Assembly (NCBI GenBank): GCA_951406725.2
Contig: OX597815.1
Span: 77,624,001-77,688,000 of the forward strand
DNA: 64,000 nt
Direction: 5' to 3'
Source: Octopus vulgaris
Taxonomy: Eukaryota
In this document: one piece after another, positions 24,521-37,945 of the stretch
Layout of the letters: each line of letters begins with the position of its first letter
How positions within the stretch are numbered: the stretch's first letter is position 1
The notes under the pieces: generated by a model
The model's input: the letters and a program-made list of their open reading frames with translations, nothing else
Told to the model about the DNA's origin: nothing
Database searches by the model: none
Position numbers and translations under genes: made by a program

Positions 24521-27500
24521 GGTATTGTGAAGGGAGTGGATAAATTCCAGATTTTTCCACCAAAAGTGTGTAGTGATGCATTTAATCAGCTTGAGTTGTC
24601 AGTCACATATCCATTGTTGTGCTGTGTCCAGGTCAGATTACAGGGAAGATCTATAGAGTATAGCTTGTTTTTGTTTTCTTTTTTTAGGTTGGGGGCTCCA
24701 AAAGGGGTTTCAGGGAGTTGTGTCCCTGCTTTTCTGAGCTAGTTTTTCATCACATTTCTTAAAAATTGTGGTAGAGGCCTTGGTTTTGGGACCACTCATG
24801 TCTAGAAACTGAGGTTGGAAGTAAGCAAGAGCATGCTCCCCATAGAAAATCCAGCTCCAAAAATGCCTCATGATAACAAGGAGAATGGCCACCAGCCAGT
24901 CCAAAGGTTGGGGTAGGCTGCACCTGCCTGCCTCAGATAGTATGGCATTGAGGTAGATTCAGCCACCCCCGTTAACGGGAACAAAAGCCAGATTTATAAC
25001 ACTGGATGATGATGATGATTTTGTTGGCACAGACATGGATATGCGGTTAAGAAGCTCAATTTGAAACCACGTGGTTTTAGGTTTGGTTCCATTGTATGGA
25101 TGCTGTTGGTTGGTGCCCTTTATTATAGCCATTATTAGTGAAATTCATCAACCAATATCATATATTGGTAGATGAAAACTGGAAGAAGCCCATTGTACAT
25201 CTATAAATATATGTATTTTTGTGTGTATATGTGCACTTGCATATATATGTGTATAACTGAATGCATATTCTCTCTGTCTTTACATGTGTGTATTAATTGT
25301 AACTAAAAAGTTCTTACTGTCCCTAAAATTTCCTTTGCTTTGTATCCTACTGTCTTAAGATGGGTTATTAAAAAGAGATATTAAACAGCATAATCAAAGT
25401 TAATACTAGCTGAACAAAACAAAACAAAACAAAGGACATGTTGGTCAGTGTTGGAATAACAAAGGTTTGTTTAATGGGACAATAACACAGACCCACTAAA
25501 ATTCCTACGGAGATAAGTTTTTCTGTGGTACAACATATTATCGTAAAGAACCAGATTTCTCTATAAAAATACAGATTTACCATTCGAGACTGATTTACTT
25601 ATAAAGATAAGCATTTTCTTTTCATGACAGAATTATTCTTTAGAGACATGGATAATTCTTTGGAGCCCTAAATTTTGCTATAGTGACACAGATTTCCCTA
25701 TAGAGGCACAAATAATTCCATAGCAAATCCCCCCACACCCCAAAAAAACAGCAATAATTCACTCTTACAAAACCACTGGTTAATTTTATCTATGAAAGCC
25801 AATTCTACAAAATTTAATGTTTTCCTTCTTTGTAGTAAGTCACCTCTTTAAAATATGTTGTATTCTAAGTACAGCAACACTTGTTGTTTTCTGTAAGAGA
25901 AGCAAGAGGTGTGCAATTACATTCTTTTGCTGTTGATCTATAGAGGTATAAACCAATATTTAGCTGGGTTCAGGCCAAAGATAAGCATCATTTCAAGCAA
26001 ATTATTCCATCAGATATACATCACCTGATCTTAGCTATTTACTTGAAACAAACACCTCACCCCAACCCCCTCAGAAAAAAAACACATGAAATGGTTTCAT
26101 TTTTATTTTCCCTTTTTATTTATTATTTATTTTTGAACCAGTTGAAATAGGAAATATTTTAAGTGTACCATCTAGAACACTATTTCTTCTTATCAGCATT
26201 GTTGATAGAGATTTTCCCTGTTTAGACCAACCTAACTGGCATATATTGTTATAGAGTAGAGGTTGGAACCAACTAAAGAATTTGGCAGAAGTTCATACTT
26301 ATTTTTTTTTATGGTGATTGTAAATAGCATTTGCAAAAGCAAAACAACTTTATTTTCTTTCTTTTTTTTTTTCTTTTTGATAACACATCACTTATGAAGA
26401 GTCAGTGTAAGTTTAAGCAGAAGGGATAACTGTGTTTGATACAAACATTATGTATGCTTGAATTAATGTATGTATAATTTTACTATTACTATATATAAAT
26501 GTACATGTATTATAATGGTGTAACTGATGCACACACATGTAAGTAGGCTTGCATGCATATATGTACTGGTTTATTCATGTGTAAGATTCTCTGCTATAAA
26601 TATATTTGTACACATACATGCATGCAGAAGTACATGTAAACCAATACTTAATTTTACCCTATCTCTGTGGAAGAAATTCATTATAATGAAGCTTATTATT
26701 GAAGCAACTTAACAGGCAAAAATAAAATAATCAAACAAAAAAAAATTCACCTTGCATGGTTGTCTCTTAAATTTCCTGCTAAAATTTGAATCTCCTTATA
26801 AGGATCCATTTCATTGCACAAAAGAAAGCAATCAGTCACACTTGGTTTGCTTTTGTGTTCTGGAGTGCTTGCTCATGCTACATCATACTATTTGGGTAGT
26901 AATTTCTTAAAATAGAGTAATTAAAAAAAATTAATTCATACATTTGTTATCTCATCATATCATGTAAATTTATGGCAGTATGATTAGATACCAAACTAAA
27001 AATTATAAAAAGAGTAGAGAGAGGAGGAGAAAAGAAAAATGTTCTTGTGAAATCATTAGGACTTGCACTGCTGACTTTAAAAACATAAAAATAGGAAAAA
27101 AAAAATACTTAATCACTATTCATATCAAGAAAACAGCATTGGATTCTCTGTAAACATGAGAGGCACTCAACTAGAGCCCCCAAAACCACTCATAATGTTT
27201 GGTCTCTAGAACAAGACTGGCCCTTCTTTTTAGGGAGAGAAAATATTTCAACCCCTATAAAGTATTGTTCTCACATCAAGGACAGTACTGCTGCTATGCA
27301 TACAGACATGTTGGACTACATCCAGAAGAGGACCACTTGATGAACTGGCATTCAACCACTAATGGACATGCTCCAGCTTCTGGCCCACAAGTGTGCAGTC
27401 TCCCCCACCAACTCTGCATCTTCTATTGTTACTTTAATGGCCTACATTCCTTGAAGCTGGATTATCTTGTACCTCTTCACTCAGGTACTTGTCTTTCCCA

Positions 27501-28189
27501 CTTGTCTTTCCACCTGTCATCACCTCATCACCCTTGTTGTGTCTAACCCCAACAGCCCTATCTATACCCATTCCTTTTTCCCTAGAACAAGAACCCTCTG
27601 AAATCTCTTCTCAGCTCAGGTATTTCTTGCTGGTGTTGACTTGTAATAATTTAAATATAACAGTAACAGCATTAATAGACCTGCATCCTAATAGACCTGC
27701 AAAGGCTCTATGAGACACATGAGATTGATGTAAAGGGTCCAGGGACAATATCTTGTTCTAAACTCAGCAAGTAAAAATTTTTTAAATGCCAACTGAAGCC
27801 TTGTGATTGAATTTGGTGGGTGGAAGTTCCCATTTTGTGTGTACATGTGTGTGTAAGTGCTTGTGCTTCCTAACAGAGAGGAGGGAGTCAATCTAACAAA
27901 ATAAAACAAGTGAGCGTAATGATTCTAATCTGGCATAGACATGTAATAAAATCATGGAAAATAATGAAAAAAAAAAATACTGTTTAGGTGGACAATTTTT
28001 GGTGTTGCTCAACAGCCACATTCCCCAGCTTCTGGCCCACAAGCATACAGTCTTCTCTGTCTTTCTTTTCTATTGCTACAATAATGACCTCTGTTGCCAC
28101 TATAAAAGCCATTATCCATCAAAAGACAGTTAATTTATCTGAACATTTGAAACAAGAAGTTGAGGAAGTTACTCAAATGTTTGCTGTTT

Positions 28190-29400
28190 TTTGTGGGTAA
28201 TTCTAAAAGTTCAAGAAATAGTCTAATCTCAATAGCATTCAGATAACAGGGTAATGTCAGCAAATGCTGACATCCAGTCTGTATCAAACACATTTGGAAA
28301 GTATTAAAGAAAGATGTAGATATCCACTAAATTTAGTTTTTAATGTAAGTGAACTTGAGCTGTTTTCCAAGCAGTTAGCATCTTAAGTTTATATCTTAAA
28401 GGAGGAAATACAGTAAAAGATGATATGACATGGGGAGCAAATGTTATTGGAAGATTGAAATTTAAGTCATTTCTTGTTTATCATTCTGATATTTCAAGAG
28501 CAATGAAAGGTATCTATAAATCTAGTTTGCTTGTTCTGTGGAAATCTAACAGAAAGCTTAGGTGACAGTGGATTTGTTTACTGAAAAGTTGAACATTTCT
28601 GCTTTGTTGTCAAACATTACTCTAAGAAGCATTTTAACCCCAAAGCACTTCTGGTCTTGACCATCCTTCAAATTTTGATTCCTTTCTAAATGTATGAATC
28701 TATTGAAATTATTTTCATTTGTTTAAACATAAATACATCACAAAAGCTTAGGGATCAGTAGTCATTTATGTCTTCAAGGAATACTACCTAGAAGAATTTT
28801 GAAGAACAAAGTATATTATCTTAAAAGTCAGTTGATTATAGTGAAGGTGCAGAGCTTAGTGGTTAGTGTGTTGAACTCATAAGTGCAAGATGGTAATTTT
28901 GACTCTTGGACCTGGTAGTGCATCATATTCTGGAGCAAAATACTTCATTTTATGTTGCTTCAGTTTATTCAGTGGTAAATGAGTGATCCTATGAAGAACT
29001 GGCATCCCATTCAGAGTAAATGTGATTTTGGTCTCATATGCCATGAAAACTTGGTAACTTAGTCCTATGAGCCTTAGAACTCAAGTCTGTAATGTCCAGA
29101 GGATGATTATGATGATGATGATGATGATGCATCAGTCTGTCAAAGAATTTTAGAATAATTACTGTATTATGCATGCAATAAAAAAATATAAAAGATGCTT
29201 GTTAAACATATATGCTCCATTGCAATTTGGAAAAAATTGCAGCCAGATGTAGTTAAAAAAGGTCAAAAGATAGGGGATGAAATGGTCTCAGTCTGTAATA
29301 ACTTTGTACAAATAGTATGGAAAGTAACATTTGAAGAAGTCAATGCAGGTGGTATTTAGGATTTATTCCATGCTAATAATGGACTCCTCCGTATAAAGAT
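28190..29400 (+). mobile_element. Tigger/pogo-like (DDE_1) transposase relic
   Basis: Fragments YPLNLVFNVSELELF, GANVIGRLKFKSFLVYHSDISRAMKG, LLVLWKSNRK and IWKKLQP. Interrupted by a SINE. Confidence 0.7.
28845..29085 (+). mobile_element. tRNA-derived SINE (degraded)
   Basis: GCTTAGTGGTTAG head and ACTGGCATCCCATTCAG segment. Homologous to 21720-21970. Confidence 0.65.
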
Positions 29401-29899
29401 GTTAAGGAGTTAACAAAACCAGTTTGTTACTCTATGTTCAATGATAACAATGACATTACATTACCATTGTCTGGCAGAATTCTTGCTTCTGTTATCTATT
29501 ATTCTAAAGAACCCTCATTAGTTTTTTTATAAATAATTCTGTAAGTTACTCTCTCAATAACCTCAGTGTTGAAAATGATGCAAGAAGCTTCTAAATATTA
29601 GATTCCTTGAAAGACTACAAACATCATAGAATGGTGTTTTCACAGCCACGCTCTTTCTAAATATGATCTTGCAGAGTTGTTGACTAGGCCCAGATCAGTC
29701 TTAGTCAAATAGATCTTCACTCAAAGGCATTTCAGATGTGATCATTCTGTCTGAATTTTCAATACCAGTTGTGTATCAAGAAACATATCCAGCATGCCCT
29801 TCTTTTTTAAGAGAGTTAAGTGTGGTTTGAGGGAGATTTAGTTGTTATTCTAGTAGAATAAGTATCCAGTAAGGGTTCCCTTGATAGTTCATGTAGATT

Positions 29900-30899
29900 G
29901 GATATAATTCAGTGGGATATATAGCCAATATCTGATAAGGATATTGGCTATGGTGACACATGAAGAAGGGCATGATGTGAGGTCTTAAGATCTGATCAAT
30001 GTAGCACTGCGCTGTGATGCCATTCCCTCTGCCTGCACCAACATTTTGGAACACATGAGGCTCAATTCTCTGATTCAGGCCTCTAGAACCCCAAACCATG
30101 ATGCTTTGGCCACGTGTCTCTCTCCATGACACATGTGTTTCTGTAGCTATACCCTTCCTATGCTATACCCTCACTCTGCCATCCGAGGTGGAAACGCAGT
30201 ACCGGCTCTTGTCAGAGAAGACTATCAACCTCTATTGTTGATACCACCAATGTCAGTTCCGTATAGCCCACTGTAGTCGTGCCTGATGGCAATGCAGGTT
30301 GTTGGCAGCCAGTTGATGTTGTACCGTGTCATTACTGATGGGTTGCTGTCCAGTGCCAATGGTTTCATGAGCTGTCATACTAGCTGGTCTGAAGCAATCA
30401 CGAAGGTGCTGCAGGTGGATGAAGCAGTCCTGCCTGTGCGTGGTCGCCCAGGGACGCCCTCTGCAGACACAGTATGCAGTGTTGTATTACTGTTGCAGGT
30501 GATGGTGCAGACATGGACATTGTAAGCTTTCACAACAACCAGAGCACACTGCCCTTCTTGCAATTGGCCAATAGTTTGTTCTCTCTGCACTGCTAACAAT
30601 CGGGTCATACCTGATGTATCCAAATTATGAATGCTAGAAACAAATACCCATAACCTCCACAAGATGTATGTGCATTTCGGTTTTCATGACAATTGTTTGC
30701 GACTGCCACCCATGGCATTCAACGCAGCTGCGCCTTGGTGTCTCGTTTCAGGGAAGTTGAAAAGTTACCTGCAATTTGGGTCTCAGCCATAAGCCAGTAT
30801 GTCTTGGAATATTTACACTTTCATCCCTGAAATAAATTTTCAGAATTTACCATATAAAAATGACATTTGAAAAAATCACATTTCTTTTGCAGTTCAGTG
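29900..30899 (-). mobile_element. Tc1-like transposon relic
   Basis: GRPR motif, VFSDKSR, SIMVWG and YIDQILRPHIMPF on the minus strand. TIR-like end ...TTTCTTTTGCAGTTCAGTG|TA. Confidence 0.8.
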
Positions 30900-32273
30900 T
30901 ATGCAATAATGAACTGAATGCTGTTTGCCTCTATATCTATTACATTAATCTTATCAATTAAAAGAGACTGCTCTTGTCCAGTAACAAGGTGTTTATCAAA
31001 TCACTCCTCTCCACCACCACAAACTGAAGTGATGGAGTCAGTCTCTCATTACTTGAGTGAGTGTCAGTAGAGACTGATGATTCTTCCTTGCAACCTCAGA
31101 TCAACAAATGATTCCCTGGCAAATGTCTTAAAAAGCTCTCACTACTGTGATCAGCTTTAGGCAGTTCTTTGCAGATGCAGGGTGAATTGCACACCCACTA
31201 GCCATACATTCAAATTTTGGCACAAGACCAGCGGCTTTGGGATAGGGGTTAAGTTGATGACACTGACCCCCAGCGCTCAACTGGTACTTATTTAATTGAC
31301 CCCATGCATATTTAATATCACTTTGAGATTAGGCTCACAAGGGATTTTTTGGCAGCTTGAGATGAGGATTGCATTGACACGTTTTTGTTTATCATTTAAC
31401 TTATCAGGATTCACTCCCTTTTCCCTCCCAAAGCCAATTTCCTGTTATACATTTCAAAATGATACCTATAATAGTCACCAACACCAAAACAATAACAAAT
31501 TGTGGCCAAAATGTCATGATGCATGATGGCTGTTAAATATTTCATTTAAAATTTATATTTGCATATTCTTCAGTCCTGAAGTAAAATGGGGCTAACCCTT
31601 GAGATCAGGATAACAAAGTTGTTAAAGCCATCTTTGAATTGATTACTTAATTTGGATAGGGTTAAACTTCTCCTCCATACAAATAATTCCTTCTAGTTTT
31701 GGTATGAGACCAGTAATTTTAATGGGAGGGACTAGTCAATGACATTGCTCCCAATACTCAACAGTACATATTTTATCAATCTTGAAAGAACAAAAGGGCA
31801 AGTCAATCTCAACAGAATAATATTAGCCTTTTGCTGTGAGGCTAAATACTTTCAAAGCATACCTGCATATTGTAAACATTAAATATAATTCATAACACAG
31901 AAGGTCGTTTTATGACTGAGATAAGACACAACTTGTAAGTGTTGTCTCTTGATTCTAGATTATAATAGAATATCATATAAATACTTTGTGCAACTCTTAT
32001 CCACCCAATTTTTTATGCTGTTTATTGAAGAGAGATATTACCAACTACTTTGGCATGCTACATCAATCACTGACTGCCTTTGCTTATTTATTGTGGAATG
32101 TTTCAATCAGATCACACATTCATATATCAATTCTTTGAAATGCCATATATTTCCATATGATTTATACATTATTTATTTATAAAAATGTTATTAGCAGAGA
32201 TTGAGTTATATCTCTCATTGACTTCCTCTCTACATTGATTAGTCTTAGTTCTTGCCAAGTAGGATATGCTTTA

Positions 32274-32800
32274 CTGATGAGTTCTAATGAGACAAAAACA
32301 TGCTCATCATTTTCCTCATTTGACTTTAAAGACCAAATCTATTCTAATATGCATTGTGAATATTGTTAAAAAATTATGCTGGTGGAGGATCTGCCTGGGG
32401 TTAAAACAGTAGTAATGTCAAACAGCCATAGTGATGTTGCGATAAACATATTTTCTTAGTATAGTTACTACTTTCATCTCTTATTGAGATTTTGTAACTA
32501 GCTACTTTGCTTGTTGAAAGATCAGTGAGTGATCGTCACTTAGTTTACTATAAATTGTGAGCTGGAGCAAATTCTTATTTCTAGTGGTTGGGTGTTCATG
32601 ACTGAAGACAGGCACAAGTAGCCCAAAAACGTTCAGTCTCGTGATCCTGTCATCTGCTAGAAGATGGTAGGGGTTCACTCCCTTACTTGCAATATATACA
32701 GAGTACAGGTTGCACTAGTAACCAGTTGGCAGAGGATCTGCCTGAGGTTAAAATGGAGTAACGTTGAACAGCCATATTGATGTGGCAATTAACATTACTG
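32274..32800 (+). repeat. pLTR-like tandem unit: two ~70-bp direct repeats, each preceded by a degenerate hammerhead
   Basis: GAGGATCTGCCTG.GGTTAAAA...AACAGCCATA.TGATGT at about 32385-32450 and 32732-32798. Hammerhead-like motifs at 32274-32306 and 32596-32644. Confidence 0.6.
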
Positions 32801-33591
32801 TGTAGATATGCATACATACACACACACACACATAAATGTACATATGTATGTGTATATATAAATATATGTATGTGTGTGTGTATATATATATGTATATGTA
32901 TATATCTGTCCTCATTCTTGTTAACTCTCACTCTCTCTGAGTCTCTTCCTCTCTCTGGCCTAGTGACCATGGACCTCCTCTACAGCAAGACATCTGTTTC
33001 TGCCTCTCTGTCACACTCTGATCTTTCATCATCTGATACAAGATCACCTCCTCCAATGCTCCCTCCCTTCTCAAAGTCTCTTTGTCTTGCGAAGTAACTC
33101 AGTGACTCTGCAGGTGCAGGTGCCACAAAAAAAGTACCCAGTCCAAAATGTAAAATGGTTGGCATTAGGAAGAGCATCCAGCTGTAAAACCCATGCCAAA
33201 ACAGACCTCTCCTGTGTGAGTGCCATGTAAAGAGCACTCAGTTCATTCTACAAAGTGGTTGGTGTTAGGAAGGGCATCCAGACATAAAAACCATGCCAAA
33301 ACACACTCAGAATCATGGTGCAGGCTCCTGCCTGGCCAGCTCCTGTCAAACCATCCAAACCATGCCAGCATGGAAGGAAGAAATTAAACGATGATGATGA
33401 TATATATATCATTATTACTAATATATATAAGGGCCATGAGTTGGCAGAATTGTTATGTGCCAGGCAAGATATTTAGTGGCATTTTTACCAGTTTTATGTT
33501 CTGGGTTCAAATGCTGCTGAAGTTGACTTTGCTTTCCATCCTTATGGGGTCAATAAAATAAAGTACCAATCAAATGCTGAGGTCAATGTAA

Positions 33592-35142
33592 ACAACGAAG
33601 TCAAACGTGTTATTCAAGGCCTCGATGTCAACAAGGGTCACGGCCCTGACGGCATACACCCACGGGTTATCAAAGCGTTGGCTCCGGTCATCTGCGAGAC
33701 CTTAACACGATGGGTGTTATACCTGCAGACTGGAGAACAGCGATAATCTGCCCAATTTTCAAGAAAGGGAGCCGCGAAGACCCGCTTAACTACCGACCGG
33801 TTTCCCTTACATCAATAATCAGCAAGATGTTCGAAACCATCCTTAAGAAAAGTATGATGCTCCACCTCCTAAACACAGCCTCTATCTCTGATTCCCAACA
33901 CGGCTTCTTGCCGAAGAGATCATGCTTGACCAACTTACTAGTAATGGAAGAATTGGTGACGCGCATCCTCGATGATAGTGATGCTGTTGACATCGTTTTA
34001 TTGGACTTTGCCAAAGCTTTTGACTCGGTAAACCACCGCCTATTACTTGTCAAGCTTCAAGCATATAGTTTCCATCCGGATATTATACGATGGGTTGGTG
34101 CCTTCCTCTCAGATCGCTCCTTCCAAGTCCAAGTTAATGGTTCGCGGTCCGACGTCTCCAGTGCGAGCAGTGGCGTGCCTCAAGGTTCAGTGCTTGGGCC
34201 CTTGTTGTTCTTAGTCTTCATAAATGACTTGCCCGACGACCTCACGCAACACACCCTTCTATTTGCCGACGATATCAAACTGGTCGCTCCTTGCGGTAAT
34301 ATAGAGGATCTTCGTCGATGCCTCCACCAAATTTGGAAGTGGTCTAGCGATTGGGACCTGTGTCTGAACGTGTCAAAGTGCTGTCATCTGCCTGTCGGCT
34401 CTACTCCTGCAACTCAACTTGATTTTGAGCCAGGTTGTCTGCTGCTGGAGAGGACCGATCAAGTAAAGGACCTGGGTATCTTGGTGGATTCCTCCTTTTC
34501 ACCTTCGGCCCAGTGCGTCCATGCTGCCAACAAAGCACGCGGAATTCTGTTCTTGATTCGACGGTCATTCGGAATGCTCACAGCAGCCATATTCCTACCA
34601 CTCTATGTCACGCTGGTGAGACCCATATTGGAGTATGGGATTCAAGCCTCTTCTCTTTATCTCCTCAAAGACATACAGCATCTCGAAAGAGTCCAGAAGC
34701 TGGCTACCCGCATGGTTCATGGTCTCAAAAATTTGTCCTACGAAGAAAGGCTGAGGACGCTCGGCCTTTATTCTCTTGAAAAACGCCACCGCCGTGGTGA
34801 TCTCATTCTCGCCCACAACATCATAAGCGGAAAGTGTAACCTCTCGAAAGAGCTGTTCTTCACTCCTGCTCCAGAGCGTCGGCTGCGGGGTCATTCCGAA
34901 AAGCTCTACCTGCGACGATTTCATCTCAATCGAAGGAGAGGAGCTTTCTCCGTCCGGGTTGCGGATCCGTGGAACAAGCTGCCAGACGAGATGGTGAAGA
35001 TGCCGACGACCGCTTTGTTCAAAGCCTCCCTGGACCTCAAGTGGCCTGAACTCTTTACATGAACACCACCCTGTACTTAACTCCATGTCCCCCTACATGG
35101 CCTTGCTGTTTGCTTTTGAGCCAAATTAACTAACTAACTAAC
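33592..35142 (+). mobile_element. 5'-truncated CR1-group LINE with (TAAC)n tail
   Basis: GPDGIHPRVIK upstream of the ORF, RT ORF, 3' UTR ending in AATTAACTAACTAACTAAC. CpG-rich relative to its flanks; inserted into an older SINE. Confidence 0.92.
33710..35062 (+). CDS. LINE reverse transcriptase (CR1 group), 450-aa open fragment lacking the endonuclease
   Basis: NYRPVSLTS, QHGF, LDFAKAFDSV, GVPQGSVLGPLLF, FADD, KDLG, ERVQ..ATR, RGH, WNKLP. Confidence 0.85.
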   Translation: MGVIPADWRTAIICPIFKKGSREDPLNYRPVSLTSIISKMFETILKKSMMLHLLNTASISDSQHGFLPKRSCLTNLLVMEELVTRILDDSDAVDIVLLDFAKAFDSVNHRLLLVKLQAYSFHPDIIRWVGAFLSDRSFQVQVNGSRSDVSSASSGVPQGSVLGPLLFLVFINDLPDDLTQHTLLFADDIKLVAPCGNIEDLRRCLHQIWKWSSDWDLCLNVSKCCHLPVGSTPATQLDFEPGCLLLERTDQVKDLGILVDSSFSPSAQCVHAANKARGILFLIRRSFGMLTAAIFLPLYVTLVRPILEYGIQASSLYLLKDIQHLERVQKLATRMVHGLKNLSYEERLRTLGLYSLEKRHRRGDLILAHNIISGKCNLSKELFFTPAPERRLRGHSEKLYLRRFHLNRRRGAFSVRVADPWNKLPDEMVKMPTTALFKASLDLKWPELFT

Positions 35143-35509
35143 AAAATATGCCTTGTGCCTATAGTAGAAAGGATTATTACTAACATATATGCATGTGTGT
35201 ATGATGGACTCTTCTGTTGCAGATGACAGATGAGGACTCCAGAATTTCTTGTTGAATAACCTGCAGAGATGATTTGTTTACAATGATCAAATGCTTGTGC
35301 AATGCATCAGCTGGTTCTCACCATCAAATCAACATTGCCTGTACAAGTGTATGGTATGCCACATGTCAGCTGTTGTAGTGATCACAGAACAATGTGAAAT
35401 GAAGTGTTTTGCTCAAGAACACAATGCACCACCAAGTCTGAGAATCAAAACCACAATCTTGTGATTGGGAGTGTGTCACTCGATCCACTAAGCCCATGCA
35501 ACTTCACAA

Positions 35510-35569
<60 letters not shown>

Positions 35570-35571
<2 letters not shown>

Positions 35572-35870
35572 AGGCGCAATAGCCCAGTGGTTAGGGCAGC
35601 GGACTTGCGGTCGTAGGATCGCAGTTTCGATTCCCAGACCGGGTGTTGTGAGTGTTTATTGAGCGAAAACACCTAAAGCCCCACAAGGCTCCAGCAGGTG
35701 ATGGTGGCGATCCCTGCTGTACTCTTTCGCCACAACTTTCTCTCACTCTTTCTTCTGTTAGCCTGCTCGCTTAGCCAGCGGGGTGACCTCATTTAAAGGC
35801 TAAAACAATGCGAAGCGCATTGTGACCAGCGATGTGTAACAACATCTGATAGCCTGGTCGGTCACGGTGA
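35570..35870 (+). mobile_element. young tRNA-Arg-like SINE inserted in (TG)n
   Basis: GGCGCAATAGCCCAGTGGTTAGGGCAGCGGACTTGCGGTC...GTTTCGATTCCC head with A and B boxes. Confidence 0.85.
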
Positions 35871-36774
35871 TATATATGTGTGTGTGTGTATGTATATGTG
35901 TGTGTTTGTACCTCCTTGTCTTGATGTCATGTGACTGTTGGAAATAAGTGTCAACACCATGCAAGCAGTATTATTTGTTTCCAATGTTCTTGCGAAAACA
36001 TGTCCTGCCATGAGGAAGTAATATCTTGTTTAGAAATGAGAGAGGGTTGGCAACAGGAAGAGCATCCAGCTGTAGAAAATCTGCCTCAGCAAATTCTAAC
36101 CCATGCTATGATGAGAATGATGATGATAATGACGATGATGATGATGATGATGATGATGATGGCATTAATGATGTTGTTGGTGATGATGATGATGATGGGG
36201 ATTATCTTTGCATATTCCTTTGTAGAAAATTAATTATGAGGCAGCATGAAATTTTGTCAGTGACCAGGTTGTGGTTTCAAAGCGACGAAAATATTTTGAC
36301 ACAAATTTAAATGCTGAAGTGAATCTAACAGTTTTTGTGTTTTTTTAAACAGCTTATAAACACCTTCCACACTGCAAACTAATTATGGTTTCATACAGAG
36401 TCAAGAGTCCACAAATTTTGGAGGAAAATACATTACTTTACAAGTACTTATTTTATTATGATTTCAAATGACTGGAATGTAAAGTGAAATCGAGCACCAA
36501 TCAAACCCACTTGACCCGTTAGAAATAGCAGCAAAATTTCTTTGTAAATAAAGTGTGTCTCTGCTGACTAATTAATAATAAAACACATATCAAAATGCAA
36601 AAAAAAAAGTATGTATAGTTACGCACATGTATGTTAACTCATAAAAACATCTATGTTTCCTAATTCATATACAAACATGTACACACTTTTTTATATACAA
36701 CTTATTTGCATCTGTCTTTTATTATTGAATGCCATTATACCTAGATATGTATGTCTCTAAGTGCCTATTTCTCT

Positions 36775-36995
36775 CTCTCTTTATCTATCTATCTATCTGC
36801 CTGCCTGCCTACATCCTACTAATCTGTTTGTCTGTTTATCTAGCTATCTGTCAATCAGTCAGTTTGTCTGTCTGTTTATCTATCTATCTAGCTAGCTAGT
36901 TATCAATCTATCTACCTGCCTACCTACTAATCTATCTGTCAGTCAGTTTGTCTATCTGTTTATCTATCTATCTGCCTGCCTGCCTGACTACCTAC

Positions 36996-37053
<58 letters not shown>

Positions 37054-37140
37054 GCCTGACTACCTACCTACCAATCTATCTATCTGTCTGTCTGTTTATC
37101 TGTCAGTCTACCTTTCTACTGATCCATCCATCCATCCATC
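36775..37140. repeat. (CTAT/CTGC/CTGT/CCAT)n compound tetranucleotide tract
   Basis: Direct reading. Confidence 0.9.
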
Positions 37141-37435
37141 CACGCAAACATATTTAGTCACTCTACCTTACCTTATACACACTGGCTCTGTCACATTATC
37201 ATCAGTGCACTCAATGTTTGTTCCACATATTTTCACATTCATTATCAAGCTGTGACATCCACATTTTCACTACTCCCACATACCTTTCCATTCTTTCCAT
37301 TAATTTCACATGGAGTCTCTGCTGACATCTGCATGCCAGCAGCTTCCTCAACATAATTTCAGATCTAGTGCTTGCATGCCCAGTCGGCAGAATTCTTTCT
37401 CTTCTCTTTTCACCTGGTGTGATACTAAATGAACA

Positions 37436-37635
37436 CATGGTAGTGGTGATTGTGATGGTGAGGGAAGTGGTGGTAGAGATAGTAATAGTAATAGTGGTGG
37501 TAATAATAGTGTTGATGGTGGTGATGATATTGGTAATAATGGTGGTGATGGTGATGGTAGAGTTGGTGATGGAGGTGGTGTTGGTGGTGGTAGTGGTAGT
37601 AATAGTAATAGCAATCATAGTGATGGTGGTGAGTA
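37436..37635. repeat. degenerate (GGT/GAT/AGT)n tract
   Basis: Direct reading. Confidence 0.9.
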
Positions 37636-37739
37636 TAGTGTGTTGTAGGTAAAAGAGAAGATAGAGTCACGAAAGGGAATGTGGAAGAACTTTAGTTTCT
37701 CTCTCTCTCCCCTCACTCTCTATTACACACACACATAGA

Positions 37740-37899
37740 AGGTGCAGGAGTGGGTGTGTGGTAAGTAGTTTGCATACCAACCACATGGTTCCGGGTTCAG
37801 TCCCACTGCGTGGCACTTTGGGCAAGTGTTTTCTACTATAGCCTTGGGCTGATCAAAGCCTTGTGAGTGGATTTGGTAGACGGAAACTGAAAGAAGCCC

Positions 37900-37945
<46 letters not shown>

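Noticed and set aside
34595-35086. 163-aa antisense ORF
   Set aside because: Shadow ORF of the GC-rich CR1 RT; no recognisable motifs.
35570-35645. Possible tRNA-Arg gene
   Set aside because: The acceptor stem does not close, there is no poly-T terminator, and it continues into a SINE body shared with 4130-4443.
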